Shown here: piece by piece, positions 55,552-64,000 of the stretch | How positions within the stretch are numbered: the stretch's first letter is position 1 | Layout: every line of letters begins with the position of its first letter | IMG/VR virus record: IMGVR_UViG_3300043395_002432 | Coordinates: 75,497-139,496 of that record | Length of the DNA stretch: 64,000 nt | From: a virus | Strand: one strand, 5' to 3' | Program-made: the position numbers and the translations under genes | Notes under the pieces: model-generated | Seen by the model: only the letters and a program-made list of their open reading frames with translations | Databases searched by the model: none | What the model was told of the DNA's origin: nothing

Positions 55552-56322
55552 TCAAGTCAAGGCGGGCGTAAACGTACCCCAACCCGAGAGCGAAGAGCGA
55601 GGACGCTCCTTCGAGCGAACGCCGTTCGAGGTGTTCCCCTCGATGGTGCCAACCACCTTCCGCTCCGGGTCGTAAGAGACGACGAAGCCAGTGTGGCCAT
55701 GCTGCGGATCGACCCCGTCCGCTCCAGGGTAGAGGATGATGAAGATGTCACCGGGCTGAGGATCTCGATCCGCCTGCGTGGCGTCCACATACGTCCCCAG
55801 CTCCTCGAGCTTCTGCTTCCACTTCACCACCGCATAGAGGTAGGGGTCGACCCACTTCTTGGTGGGTTCGAACTCAGGCCCAAGAGGACAAGTGTTGAAC
55901 GCCCAAGAGACGAAAGCAGCACACCAAGGAACCGCCCAGCCCTTCGTGTAGACGTCCACGCGTGGCCCCTTGTTCTGCCCCAGGGGATACTCCTCCACGC
56001 CGACCTCAGCGCGAATATGCTCCAAGAGCTTTCGCACCTTCTCCGGGGCAAGCGCCGAGATCTGGCTCGGAATGTGAGAAGCGAGTCGCTCCTTCTTGCC
56101 CTTGTTCGAGTCGTTCTTGTTCCGCTTCAGCGCGTCGATCTCGACCTCACTCGCATTCCCGATCTTCAGCCCTTGCGACGCCTGAAACTGATGGAGCGCC
56201 TTCTCTGTTGCAGGCCCAAAGACCCCGTCGATTGGGCCAGGAATGAAGCCATTGTCTCGAAGGAGCGTCTGAAGGAAGACGACGTCCTGACCCTTATCCC
56301 CGCGATTGATCTTCATGACCAC
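55552..56322 (-). CDS. Endolysin: peptidoglycan-binding domain + CHAP domain
   Basis: GDKGQDV..LQ..IDGVFGPATEKALHQFQ; PWCAAFVSW, HGHTGFV, TIEGNT. Confidence 0.9.
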   Translation of the reverse strand: MVMKINRGDKGQDVVFLQTLLRDNGFIPGPIDGVFGPATEKALHQFQASQGLKIGNASEVEIDALKRNKNDSNKGKKERLASHIPSQISALAPEKVRKLLEHIRAEVGVEEYPLGQNKGPRVDVYTKGWAVPWCAAFVSWAFNTCPLGPEFEPTKKWVDPYLYAVVKWKQKLEELGTYVDATQADRDPQPGDIFIILYPGADGVDPQHGHTGFVVSYDPERKVVGTIEGNTSNGVRSKERPRSSLSGWGTFTPALT

Positions 56323-56340
56323 CTCTCTCGTAGAGGTAGT

Positions 56341-57258
56341 CTACTTTGCAGCACCTTGACGAAGTCGAATTCGTTGACCACCCCCGGATGGGGCAGCGAC
56401 ACGCTTGGTGCTTTGGTAGAGGTACTCGTTCGCCTCAGAGGTCGCCCCCACGGAAGCCCCAATGGAACGACGCTCTCGGATCGGCGTGCGCTTCCCAAGG
56501 AAGCCCCAAGCCTCATCCGCCAACGCGCAAGCGGGCTGGCTCACCAAGAGGAGGATGCGATCCCCGAGAGCTGCGAGAAGCCGCTGGCAGATCCGCGAGA
56601 GGACGTTGAGGTGAGTCACACCAAAGGCTGCCGAGTAGCCAGTGAATTCCCCCGAGGCTCCAGTGACGTAAGGCGGATCGAGGTAGACAACGACTCGGTC
56701 GTATCCCGAGAGATCCTCCTCGAGGAGGCGAAGAAGCACCTCGTTCACCCCCCTCGCCTCAAGCCGAATGTCCCCCTGGCGCAGCGCCTCGGCAGCAGAG
56801 AAGAGCATCTCCCGCTGATCCTCAGGAAGCCCCTGAAGACTCCCGCCCCACGACACGTTGAATTCCCCCCGCTGGTTCGTTCGCCATAGACCGTTGAATC
56901 CGTAGCGCGAGAGGAACACCAAGAGGGCCGCTCGCTCGAGCGCAGATCCCGCCCCCGAGTTGAACCTCGCCTTGCGAAGCTCCCAGAGCGTCTCCGTGTT
57001 TCCCTCTAATGCCATGAGCGCGTCCCACACCCCTTGCGGATCGTCTCGGATCGCGGTGTACGCCCCCATGAGGTCAGCGTTGTAGTCCGAGAGGTGCGCC
57101 CGCTTGAACCTTGGTGCGAAGGCTAAGCCCACAGCGCCGCCACCCAAGAACGGCTCGACGTAGAGACACCGACTCAGATCCAGATCCGCGAAGCCTGCCG
57201 AGATGTCCGCAAGCTGCCTGCGCTTTCCCCCTGGCCACTTGATGAAAGGCGTTGCCAT
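56341..57258 (-). CDS. dam: Dam-like DNA adenine methyltransferase (alpha class)
   Basis: PFIKWPGGKR, YVEPFLGGGAV, GFNGLWRTNQRGEFNV, VYLDPPY. Confidence 0.9.
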   Translation of the reverse strand: MATPFIKWPGGKRRQLADISAGFADLDLSRCLYVEPFLGGGAVGLAFAPRFKRAHLSDYNADLMGAYTAIRDDPQGVWDALMALEGNTETLWELRKARFNSGAGSALERAALLVFLSRYGFNGLWRTNQRGEFNVSWGGSLQGLPEDQREMLFSAAEALRQGDIRLEARGVNEVLLRLLEEDLSGYDRVVVYLDPPYVTGASGEFTGYSAAFGVTHLNVLSRICQRLLAALGDRILLLVSQPACALADEAWGFLGKRTPIRERRSIGASVGATSEANEYLYQSTKRVAAPSGGGQRIRLRQGAAK

Positions 57259-57269
57259 GCTCTCCTCCT

Positions 57270-58034
57270 TTAGAACTTCGAATTCCGCTTGCCCCACGAC
57301 CATGACGCGATCACAGCCCCGCTCGGACGAGAAGTGATCTGGAGCTTGGAACCACCAAGCGTCTCCAGCGGCGTCCCGTACACCAAGTGCCGAAACTGAA
57401 CCAAATGCTCCAACAGCGCGGCTCCCGTGATCTCCACCCCCTCAAGCATCTCTCGATCCAACTTCGGAAGCGTCCCCATGAGTTCCCGACGAAAGAGATC
57501 CCGTACTACGGCCACCAAGTACCGCCCCATCTCCTTCCCCGACATGAGGAACCAGACGTCGTAGAGCTTGAACGTCGAGTCAACGCTCCCGTCAAAACGA
57601 ATCTCCTCATCCCCGAAATTCATCCGGTGGTATTTCGCTTTTCGAGAGACGGGCTGGATCTGGATCGGGCGAGCGAAGTAATAGCCACCGCTCTTATACT
57701 TGCAGTGCCAGATCCTGGCCTTCATGCTCGCCCAGACCTCGGGGTGCTTCTTGAGATACGGGTACGCCTCAAGGATCGGGGCAAGCACCTTGTTGCGCTT
57801 GACCCGATCCTCCAAGACCTCCTCGGGCGACCAGCTCGCCTTCTTCGCCCGGTACTCCGCCGACAAGGCGCGATAGTGCTGCTGCCTCCAGCGCAGTAGC
57901 TCCTCATTGGCCGCACCGGGCGGACGCACCAAGACCAGCCGACGCTCTCGCAAGAGCTGCTTGAGATGCTCCGTTGGTGCTAAGGAATTCCCCTCACCTG
58001 AATGTTGTGCTTCTGAAGAATGATCCTCACCCAT
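57270..58034 (-). CDS. Hypothetical protein
   Basis: ORF track; start uncertain. Confidence 0.55.
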   Translation of the reverse strand: MGEDHSSEAQHSGEGNSLAPTEHLKQLLRERRLVLVRPPGAANEELLRWRQQHYRALSAEYRAKKASWSPEEVLEDRVKRNKVLAPILEAYPYLKKHPEVWASMKARIWHCKYKSGGYYFARPIQIQPVSRKAKYHRMNFGDEEIRFDGSVDSTFKLYDVWFLMSGKEMGRYLVAVVRDLFRRELMGTLPKLDREMLEGVEITGAALLEHLVQFRHLVYGTPLETLGGSKLQITSRPSGAVIASWSWGKRNSKF

Positions 58035-58852
58035 GATTCCACCTTCCGCTTCTTGATTGCCGCCACCAGCTCTGAGATCAGATTGAACCCATGCGTCGAA
58101 TCCAAGATCGACCCCCTGGCCTTCTTGCCAGCATGCAGGACGCGAATCCCCCTCGGATCGATCTCCACCGTCAAGAAGACCCGCTGCCCATACCGAAGCT
58201 GCCCCTGAAGGGTAACCTCAAGCTCTGTGAACGCAGCCTTCGGATGATCCGCCTGCACCTTGGGCGCGTAAAGCCGAAAGCTCAGCCCCCGCTCCAGCTC
58301 GTCCACGGGGATCTGCACCGACCGCTCAGAGGTGATCGTCCGAGACCGCTCATTGAACTGATCGAACGGCGTGAACAGCTCGTAGTCCCCAAAAAGCTGC
58401 CCCCACTCCCCAGCCGACGCACCAAGATCCCGCTTGACCGCCAACCGAAACGGCCCCTTCGGAACCACCGCCTCGTCCTTCGCATTCGTCGCCCCACCTG
58501 ACTCGTCCACACGGAAAAGCAGCCCCTTGCTGTCGACGTAGACGATCCCCTCATTCCTCGGAAGCTCCGAGAGATTCTTCGCTACGCCATTCTCAACCTG
58601 CGTGAAGTACATCCAAGTGAGCCGACCAAGCGCCCCGTCCTTCTCCAGATCCCGAGAGAAGTGAAAGGCGACGGGAACTGGAGCGTAGATCCCGTCTTGC
58701 TCCAACTGAAGCTCTCCGAGCTTCAGGTTCGTCGCGGTCGGGACGGCCTTCGGGACGTTCTTGAACTCCCTGAAGATCAGCGTGTCTGACTCGAGCCGGT
58801 CGTCGTCAGGCTCAGCGGCTTCCAGCAGGGACGCAAGGGATCTCACAGGCAC
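57980..58852 (-). CDS. Putative internal head protein
   Basis: N-terminus MPVRSLASLLEA; GGAGG RBS. Confidence 0.6.
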   Translation of the reverse strand: MPVRSLASLLEAAEPDDDRLESDTLIFREFKNVPKAVPTATNLKLGELQLEQDGIYAPVPVAFHFSRDLEKDGALGRLTWMYFTQVENGVAKNLSELPRNEGIVYVDSKGLLFRVDESGGATNAKDEAVVPKGPFRLAVKRDLGASAGEWGQLFGDYELFTPFDQFNERSRTITSERSVQIPVDELERGLSFRLYAPKVQADHPKAAFTELEVTLQGQLRYGQRVFLTVEIDPRGIRVLHAGKKARGSILDSTHGFNLISELVAAIKKRKVESWVRIILQKHNIQVRGIP

Positions 58853-58894
58853 CTCCGCTCTTAGGCATACACCAAAGAGCTGGATCGGTCGAGC

Positions 58895-60232
58895 TTAGAA
58901 CTCCGTGACCGCCTCCACAGAGACGTCCTCCTGCACGCCGACCTCACCAAAGTGCATCCCGTCCAGATCCCACTCCATCACGATCTCCTTCACGCGACTG
59001 CCCGGTCGCCGCACCTTGGCAGGAATCAAGCGCATGCGACTGTCAGCCGCGTCGTCAGCACTCCGCTCCAGCTCGAAGAGGTTGTCTGCCGTCTGCGTGA
59101 TCCGATCCGTAATGCCAACGCGCCCCTGAATCGACACCGAAGACTCCTTCGAGAGTGACTCGCGGTTCTCTTGCGTCGTTACCAAGATCGCAATCTGCCG
59201 CTTACCCCCAACATTCCAGTAAGCCGGATGCCGAACCACCGGCCACGACTTGCGCGTCCACTTGCGAATGAAGGAGCAGCCAATATCCATCTTCTCCTTA
59301 TCTTTGGTGACCTTCGGCCCGCCCCAAGCGATCTCATACGCAGAGTCAAACACCACGACGTCTGGCTCGAACGCCAGAATGTGCGCCTCAATGTTCTCGG
59401 GCGTAAGCCCGTCGTCCTCGTCCAAGATCCCGAAGCCACCTTGACCCACAAACTGCGACCGCAACTGCGCCGCAAGCAGATCTCGCGTGTGCGAATTGAG
59501 ACCACGCACCATGCCCGCATACGACGCCCCCGTCGCCAACGCGAAGGCACGCTCCGCCATCTCGAGCTTCTTCAACTCGGGAGAGACCACCAAGATCCGA
59601 GGCTGACACTCCCCTGGAATGAAGCGCCGCATCCAGAGGGAGATCGCAATGATCAGCACGATCCACGTCTTCCCTACGCCAGGACGCGCCATGAACCACG
59701 TAGACGTGCCAGCCGCAATGCCCCGCGTGAGCGAATTCAGGGTCGCCCACGGCGTCTTCAAGCCGTCTGATCCGAGGATCGCCTGATCCAACCGCACCAA
59801 GAGCGGCTCGATCATGTCCGTTAGCTCGGGAGTCACCAACGTCGACCGAGACGAAGGCATCTCCTGCAAGATCCGACCAAGCTCCCCCACCGCCCCGTCA
59901 ATGTCCTTGCGCTCCAGCCGAGCCACCAACGTCGGAATGCCCCCCACAAGGTGGTCAAAGACCCGACGCTTCGTCAGCTCTTGGATCGCCCACTCTGGCG
60001 TTAGCTCCGTCTCTTGAATGGGCGCTTCATGAACGAAATGCCCAAACATCTCCCGTACCGCAGACACCGTTGGCGAATTCGATTGCGCTTCCGTGTAGTG
60101 ATCCAACCACTGAATCACCGGGTGCCACTGAGGCTTCAGGAGGTCGACGCTGAAGCCAGCACGCACCAAGTCGTCCTTCTGCCTGCGGTAGATGTCGACG
60201 ACCTTCGCGTCGAGAGAGAATTCACTCCTCAC
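58895..60232 (-). CDS. Replicative helicase (DnaB/gp41-like)
   Basis: GLKTPWATLN..GI, ARPGVGKT, VSPEL, VVFDSAY, TTQENR, ITQTAD, KVRR. Confidence 0.85.
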   Translation of the reverse strand: MRSEFSLDAKVVDIYRRQKDDLVRAGFSVDLLKPQWHPVIQWLDHYTEAQSNSPTVSAVREMFGHFVHEAPIQETELTPEWAIQELTKRRVFDHLVGGIPTLVARLERKDIDGAVGELGRILQEMPSSRSTLVTPELTDMIEPLLVRLDQAILGSDGLKTPWATLNSLTRGIAAGTSTWFMARPGVGKTWIVLIIAISLWMRRFIPGECQPRILVVSPELKKLEMAERAFALATGASYAGMVRGLNSHTRDLLAAQLRSQFVGQGGFGILDEDDGLTPENIEAHILAFEPDVVVFDSAYEIAWGGPKVTKDKEKMDIGCSFIRKWTRKSWPVVRHPAYWNVGGKRQIAILVTTQENRESLSKESSVSIQGRVGITDRITQTADNLFELERSADDAADSRMRLIPAKVRRPGSRVKEIVMEWDLDGMHFGEVGVQEDVSVEAVTEF

Positions 60233-60235
60233 CCC

Positions 60236-60625
60236 TCACCTCCTGCTTTGCGAGTCTCGATCCGAGAGAAAGCCCATTGGGAACCATGTAGGGCGCGCAC
60301 CAAGATGCGGAAAAAAGACGAAGACCCGATCCAGCGCAGAGACGTACACGGGTAGACACTCCACGTCGTCCTCAGGATGCTCTTGGTGCATCTCCACACG
60401 CCGAATCGGAACCCACGCGTCCCGATCCTCAAAGCAATGCCGCATCATCCCCGAACTCAGCCAGAGATCCCCAGCCGCCTCCTCGACCAGCTCCATGAGG
60501 ATCGACCACTCTGGGGAAAGCCTCCCATGATACCGAGCCACCAACATCTGGCAGTAGACCCGGTTCCGCTCCACCACCCCCAACTGAAGCCACCCCTTCA
60601 AGGTGCGAAAGACCCTGAGATCCAT
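60236..60625 (-). CDS. Hypothetical protein
   Basis: GGAGAG RBS. Confidence 0.55.
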   Translation of the reverse strand: MDLRVFRTLKGWLQLGVVERNRVYCQMLVARYHGRLSPEWSILMELVEEAAGDLWLSSGMMRHCFEDRDAWVPIRRVEMHQEHPEDDVECLPVYVSALDRVFVFFPHLGARPTWFPMGFLSDRDSQSRR

Positions 60626-60661
60626 GCTCTCCCCCTTAACCAAGAGGAGAAATTCAGCCCG

Positions 60662-61153
60662 TCAAGCCACCGTCAAGATCGGCTTCCGATGAAATCCGAA
60701 GCGAGCCGTGAGAAAACGTGCGCCAAAGCCCTGGATCTCCCTGTTGATCCGAAGCGAGAAACGCAGCCGAGATCGCGTGTACTTCGACCCCCACGCCCGA
60801 GAACCTCCCCGAAGCGAATTCCCACTCCAGCCATGATCGCCCGCTGGATCTAACTGCGCCTGATACACCCCAAGCGCCAGACGAGGAATCAAGAACTCCA
60901 ACGGAAGCGCAGACACCTCCGCCAGCCGCACCGAAGCACCAAGTAGACGCGTCGCCTCCGCTTGCGAAGCACGCCAGCCAGATCCCCTCGAAGCACTCAG
61001 ACGCTGAGACTCCCCAAGAAGCCCCAACGCCTCAGCGCCAGCTCGCGCACAAGCACCAAGAAACAATCCCCACTCCTCACTCCCAGGAACGAATTCGACT
61101 TCGTCCCAAGCGTGAAGAGCGAAGATCGCCAACGCCTCAGACTCGGCACTCAC
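60662..61153 (-). CDS. Hypothetical protein
   Basis: GTGA coupling. Confidence 0.5.
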   Translation of the reverse strand: MSAESEALAIFALHAWDEVEFVPGSEEWGLFLGACARAGAEALGLLGESQRLSASRGSGWRASQAEATRLLGASVRLAEVSALPLEFLIPRLALGVYQAQLDPAGDHGWSGNSLRGGSRAWGSKYTRSRLRFSLRINREIQGFGARFLTARFGFHRKPILTVA

Positions 61154-61362
61154 GCCGACAACACCACCGCCGACGTCTCAGGCGGGTGGATCTTCAGCTT
61201 CCCCAGCTCAGGGGAAGAGGCACTGCAGCCGTAGGGCCGGATCTCCACGTTGAGATCCGAGAGGATCGTCTCCCAGACCTCCGGGGTCTGCTCCGACGCC
61301 CGCCAGAGACGAGAAGCCTTGAAGGCGAGCTGGACGACACGAACTTGAGGGGCGATCAGCAT
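61150..61362 (-). CDS. Small hypothetical protein
   Basis: GGAGAG RBS; behind promoter. Confidence 0.55.
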   Translation of the reverse strand: MLIAPQVRVVQLAFKASRLWRASEQTPEVWETILSDLNVEIRPYGCSASSPELGKLKIHPPETSAVVLSA

Positions 61363-61382
61363 GTTCTCTCCGTTGCCCCCTC

Positions 61383-61425
61383 AAGGTAACCACTCCCCTT
61401 CAGGAGGTTGTCAGGATTGTGTCAA
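61383..61425 (-). promoter_or_regulatory. Tandem-TGAC promoter
   Basis: TTGACA-caatc-CTGACA-N20-TACCTT. Confidence 0.6.
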
Positions 61426-62351
61426 GACAGCCGCGAGGAGGGACTGTCATTGATCAGGACGACCTTCAAGCCATGCTCGGTGCCTTTGAAGACCACCGTC
61501 TGCTTGAGAACGCCAGGATCGGAGATCGGATCTTCATACGAGGTGATCTGTGCGTTGTGCAGGGTGATCTCCATCGAGCGAGTGCCGTCCGAGAAGGTGA
61601 TCACAGCGTCGCTCGCGGTCTGAGCCTTGTGGGCCGTGTAGAGCGCGTCGGAGCGCGCCACCAGCTCGCACTCGACCTCGATGCTCTGGAAGTCGGTCGG
61701 CTCAGGCTCGGAGGAGTACTCGGAGCCAAGCTCGTCGAGGCGGGCGAGGCTGTTGTTGATCCTGAGCGCGAAGCTCGAAATCTTGTAGTCAACAGAGTTG
61801 TAGCTGAGCAGCCCCGCGTGCTTGTGCAGGATCGGGAGGTAGGTGCCGAGAGCGGGCGGAGAGTCACCCCCACGCGCACCAGAGGTCATGCCGATCAGGT
61901 CGAGCTTGCAGGACATCACCCCGCCAGGAGTGACGGACAGCTCGAAGGTGTTGACCTTCAGGCCGTAGAACTCCTCGTCGCCCATGCTGGCCCCTACTCC
62001 ACGCTCGACAGCAGCGCTCATCGAGAGCAGGCTTGCTCCGGGGGTGAACGTGTGGGTGTACGGGCCAGATCCCGTCGTTGCCACCGAACCGAGCGCCGCC
62101 TCGAGCAGCAGCCCAAGGCCGTTGCTTGCATACGCAGCAGGCATCTCAATGCTGCCGTTCACGTCGACCGAGGGGGTGAACATTTCGGGAGCGCCAGTCA
62201 GCGTTCGAATGGGCTTGCTGTTGCGTTTCGTTCGCAAGGTGGTGGAAGTGACCCGACAACGAACCGTGGGTGTAGCTCTCTTGCCTGCGGTATCTTCGAT
62301 ACCGAAGGAGACATGCTTGTATGTCTTCACTTTACATCCTACTCGCACCAA
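61422..62351 (-). CDS. Tail tube (major tail) protein
   Basis: FGIEDTAG, VNGSIEM..GLGLLLEAALG..PYTHTFTP, FYGLKVNTFELS, FALRINNSL; start uncertain. Confidence 0.75.
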   Translation of the reverse strand: MVRVGCKVKTYKHVSFGIEDTAGKRATPTVRCRVTSTTLRTKRNSKPIRTLTGAPEMFTPSVDVNGSIEMPAAYASNGLGLLLEAALGSVATTGSGPYTHTFTPGASLLSMSAAVERGVGASMGDEEFYGLKVNTFELSVTPGGVMSCKLDLIGMTSGARGGDSPPALGTYLPILHKHAGLLSYNSVDYKISSFALRINNSLARLDELGSEYSSEPEPTDFQSIEVECELVARSDALYTAHKAQTASDAVITFSDGTRSMEITLHNAQITSYEDPISDPGVLKQTVVFKGTEHGLKVVLINDSPSSRLS

Positions 62352-62463
62352 GCTCGATCTGGGCTTCAGGTGGGAGCAAGATCAACGTATCCGATCCGGC
62401 CTATGAATCAAGGCCGGAAGTATACCTTGTCGCGGGATTTGGTGCAAGGGGTTTCCACCAAGA

Positions 62464-62841
62464 TCAGCGAAACGACACCACATGCCATGTGGCGTCCTGC
62501 GACATGACGGCGGAGGGGAAGAAGGGAGATCTCGACACGATCTCTGAGTCGGCGTCCTGCGAGCCGTCCTTCGAGCGGTAGAGCAGCCCTCGGATCTCGA
62601 GATCGAGGCTGAGGTGCCGTTGGCCCTCCTTGGTGCGCTTCAGAGGCTCGAGGGCAGCTCCTTGCGCGGGAATGAAGAGGGCGTACTCGTCATGCTTCTC
62701 GGAGTAGACCACCAAGTATTGCGGACGAAGCTCTCGCCAGATGGAGCAGGCACGAAGGCGTGCGTGGTTCAGCAGTGAGGGGCAGTCCTCCTGCGGAGCG
62801 TCCCTTGGTGCCAAGCCCTCACATTCCGTCCCGACCCTCAT
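62464..62841 (-). CDS. Hypothetical protein
   Basis: ATGA coupling. Confidence 0.5.
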   Translation of the reverse strand: MRVGTECEGLAPRDAPQEDCPSLLNHARLRACSIWRELRPQYLVVYSEKHDEYALFIPAQGAALEPLKRTKEGQRHLSLDLEIRGLLYRSKDGSQDADSEIVSRSPFFPSAVMSQDATWHVVSFR

Positions 62842-63224
62842 GCTCCCTCCGAATTCGCTTCTCCCCAGAGAACCCGAATGGCGAGGTCAAGCACGTCCTC
62901 AAGCTCGGTGTCGTATGGAGGCTGAACGCCGGGGATCTCCGCCACGTCATTCCCCTGCCCGATCAGCCAAAGGCCGTTGTCCCAGTCGTAATACAGGACG
63001 ACTCCGGCCCAGAACGCAAATCCGATCTGCTCACAGATCGCCCGAAAGAGGTGGGTCTGCGTCATGGCGTCGCTGAGGTCGATCTCGATCTCGGGCCGTT
63101 GCACCAAGCGCCCCTCCTCCGCGAGAGTGAAGAGACCGTTGCTCGCACCAAGAAGGATCGCCCCCCCAACATGGCAGCCCCTGATCGCAAGGGCGAGATC
63201 CGCATACTCTCGCCTAAGCAGCAT
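62838..63224 (-). CDS. Hypothetical protein
   Basis: Start moved to ATG 63224 near upstream stop. Confidence 0.5.
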   Translation of the reverse strand: MLLRREYADLALAIRGCHVGGAILLGASNGLFTLAEEGRLVQRPEIEIDLSDAMTQTHLFRAICEQIGFAFWAGVVLYYDWDNGLWLIGQGNDVAEIPGVQPPYDTELEDVLDLAIRVLWGEANSEGA

Positions 63225-63966
63225 GGGACACTCGGCGGGCGCGAAGGCGCTCAATCTCGGCGTAGCCCGAGAGCCGTCCCCCAACGGAGGCGGTCAGGAT
63301 CGGACGAGGGGGGTACGAGTGACGCCCGAAGCGGTGGGTCGTTTCGCAGACGCAAGCGTGAACCTCGTCTACGATGTCACTCCACTGAGAGTAATCCCCG
63401 AGCGCCCAAAGGATCATGCGGCCAGCGGCGAGGGAGAAATCGAAGCGGTACTCAAGCCCCGCCTCGAAACGACGACGACGCGCAAGCTGGAGCGCCTCGT
63501 GGGCGTGCTTGGTGCCGAGATCCCCGTACATCATGAGGGCGGTTGCGACGCGGCCTCCGTAGAGCGCGGAGTGCGTCAGCTCCTCGTCGAACTCCTCGAG
63601 CGGAATGTGCTTGAACCCGTCTTCGTAGCCCTGCTTCACGGGGAACGAGTGACGCTCCTTGACGCAGCGCATGATCGCTTGCTCGATCTCACCAAGGGGT
63701 CGGCCCCGCACGTCGGCGGTGAGGGTGGCTCCGCATGCGAGATCTCGCTCCCCTTGCGCCCCGAAGTGGTACACCAGGGGTCGCACGAAGGTGCGGCAGT
63801 CCCACTCCAGGGAGGTCGGAATCATGCCCATCTCGGGCCAGCGCTCCAGAAGCTCGCGCAGCCCCGGCAGCCTTGCGAGGATCTTCATCGGCTCCCCTGG
63901 CAGGACGAGGAAGTCGCGCATGAGGGCGGTCGCTTGGGATTGCCGCATGGGAAGGAGCTGGGACAA
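63214..63966 (-). CDS. Hypothetical protein
   Basis: ORF track; GAGG RBS. Confidence 0.55.
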   Translation of the reverse strand: MSQLLPMRQSQATALMRDFLVLPGEPMKILARLPGLRELLERWPEMGMIPTSLEWDCRTFVRPLVYHFGAQGERDLACGATLTADVRGRPLGEIEQAIMRCVKERHSFPVKQGYEDGFKHIPLEEFDEELTHSALYGGRVATALMMYGDLGTKHAHEALQLARRRRFEAGLEYRFDFSLAAGRMILWALGDYSQWSDIVDEVHACVCETTHRFGRHSYPPRPILTASVGGRLSGYAEIERLRARRVSHAA

Positions 63967-64000
63967 TGCCGAATCCTCGTCCGAGAGCGACGGAATGCGC

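Larger units (their letters stand above)
2430..61103. repeat. Dispersed 14-bp palindrome CGMAKTCGAMTKCG (31 exact copies counted)
   Basis: Starts at 2430, 4413, 7694, 10132, 13357, 16928, 18160, 19179, 20659, 21933, 23659, 24900, 25638, 28319, 29321, 30697, 32357, 33743, 34830, 36677, 38251, 41438, 43148, 43739, 44819, 46253, 47718, 49851, 54326, 56360, 61090. Confidence 0.95.

Overview
64-kb segment of a large, high-GC (roughly 63-65% by eye) tailed dsDNA phage with a T4-like head module. All credible genes but one lie on the minus strand. From left to right: prohead protease/scaffold, core protein, portal, ParB-like protein, DNA methyltransferase and terminase (0-13 kb); two virion proteins; a recombination/replication block (RuvC-like, Hjc-like, RecA, SF2 helicase, SSB, primase; 17-26 kb); a dense block of small early-type hypothetical genes, many paralogous (28-38 kb); class II ribonucleotide reductase with a LAGLIDADG intein; an AEP/Rep-like protein; a YycJ-like MBL hydrolase; a cluster of proteins with T4-like capsid-targeting N-termini (45-51 kb); a Hen1-Pnkp-ligase fusion; lysis genes, Dam, DnaB-like helicase and a tail tube gene. 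The most striking non-gene signals are: (i) a 14-bp palindrome CGMAKTCGAMTKCG with 31 exact copies counted by eye, mostly 1-3 kb apart and often at gene junctions; (ii) a heavily over-represented 7-mer CACCAAG/CTTGGTG; (iii) a bipartite motif AGTGTCTTAGTTCGGGA-N34-CGTACTT(T)CG with invariant spacing, three copies in a non-coding array and one upstream of the Rep-like gene; (iv) a promoter class with tandem YTGACR boxes. All calls come from reading motifs by eye; no database searches were run, many start codons were re-chosen from RBS/overlap context, and the host is unknown.
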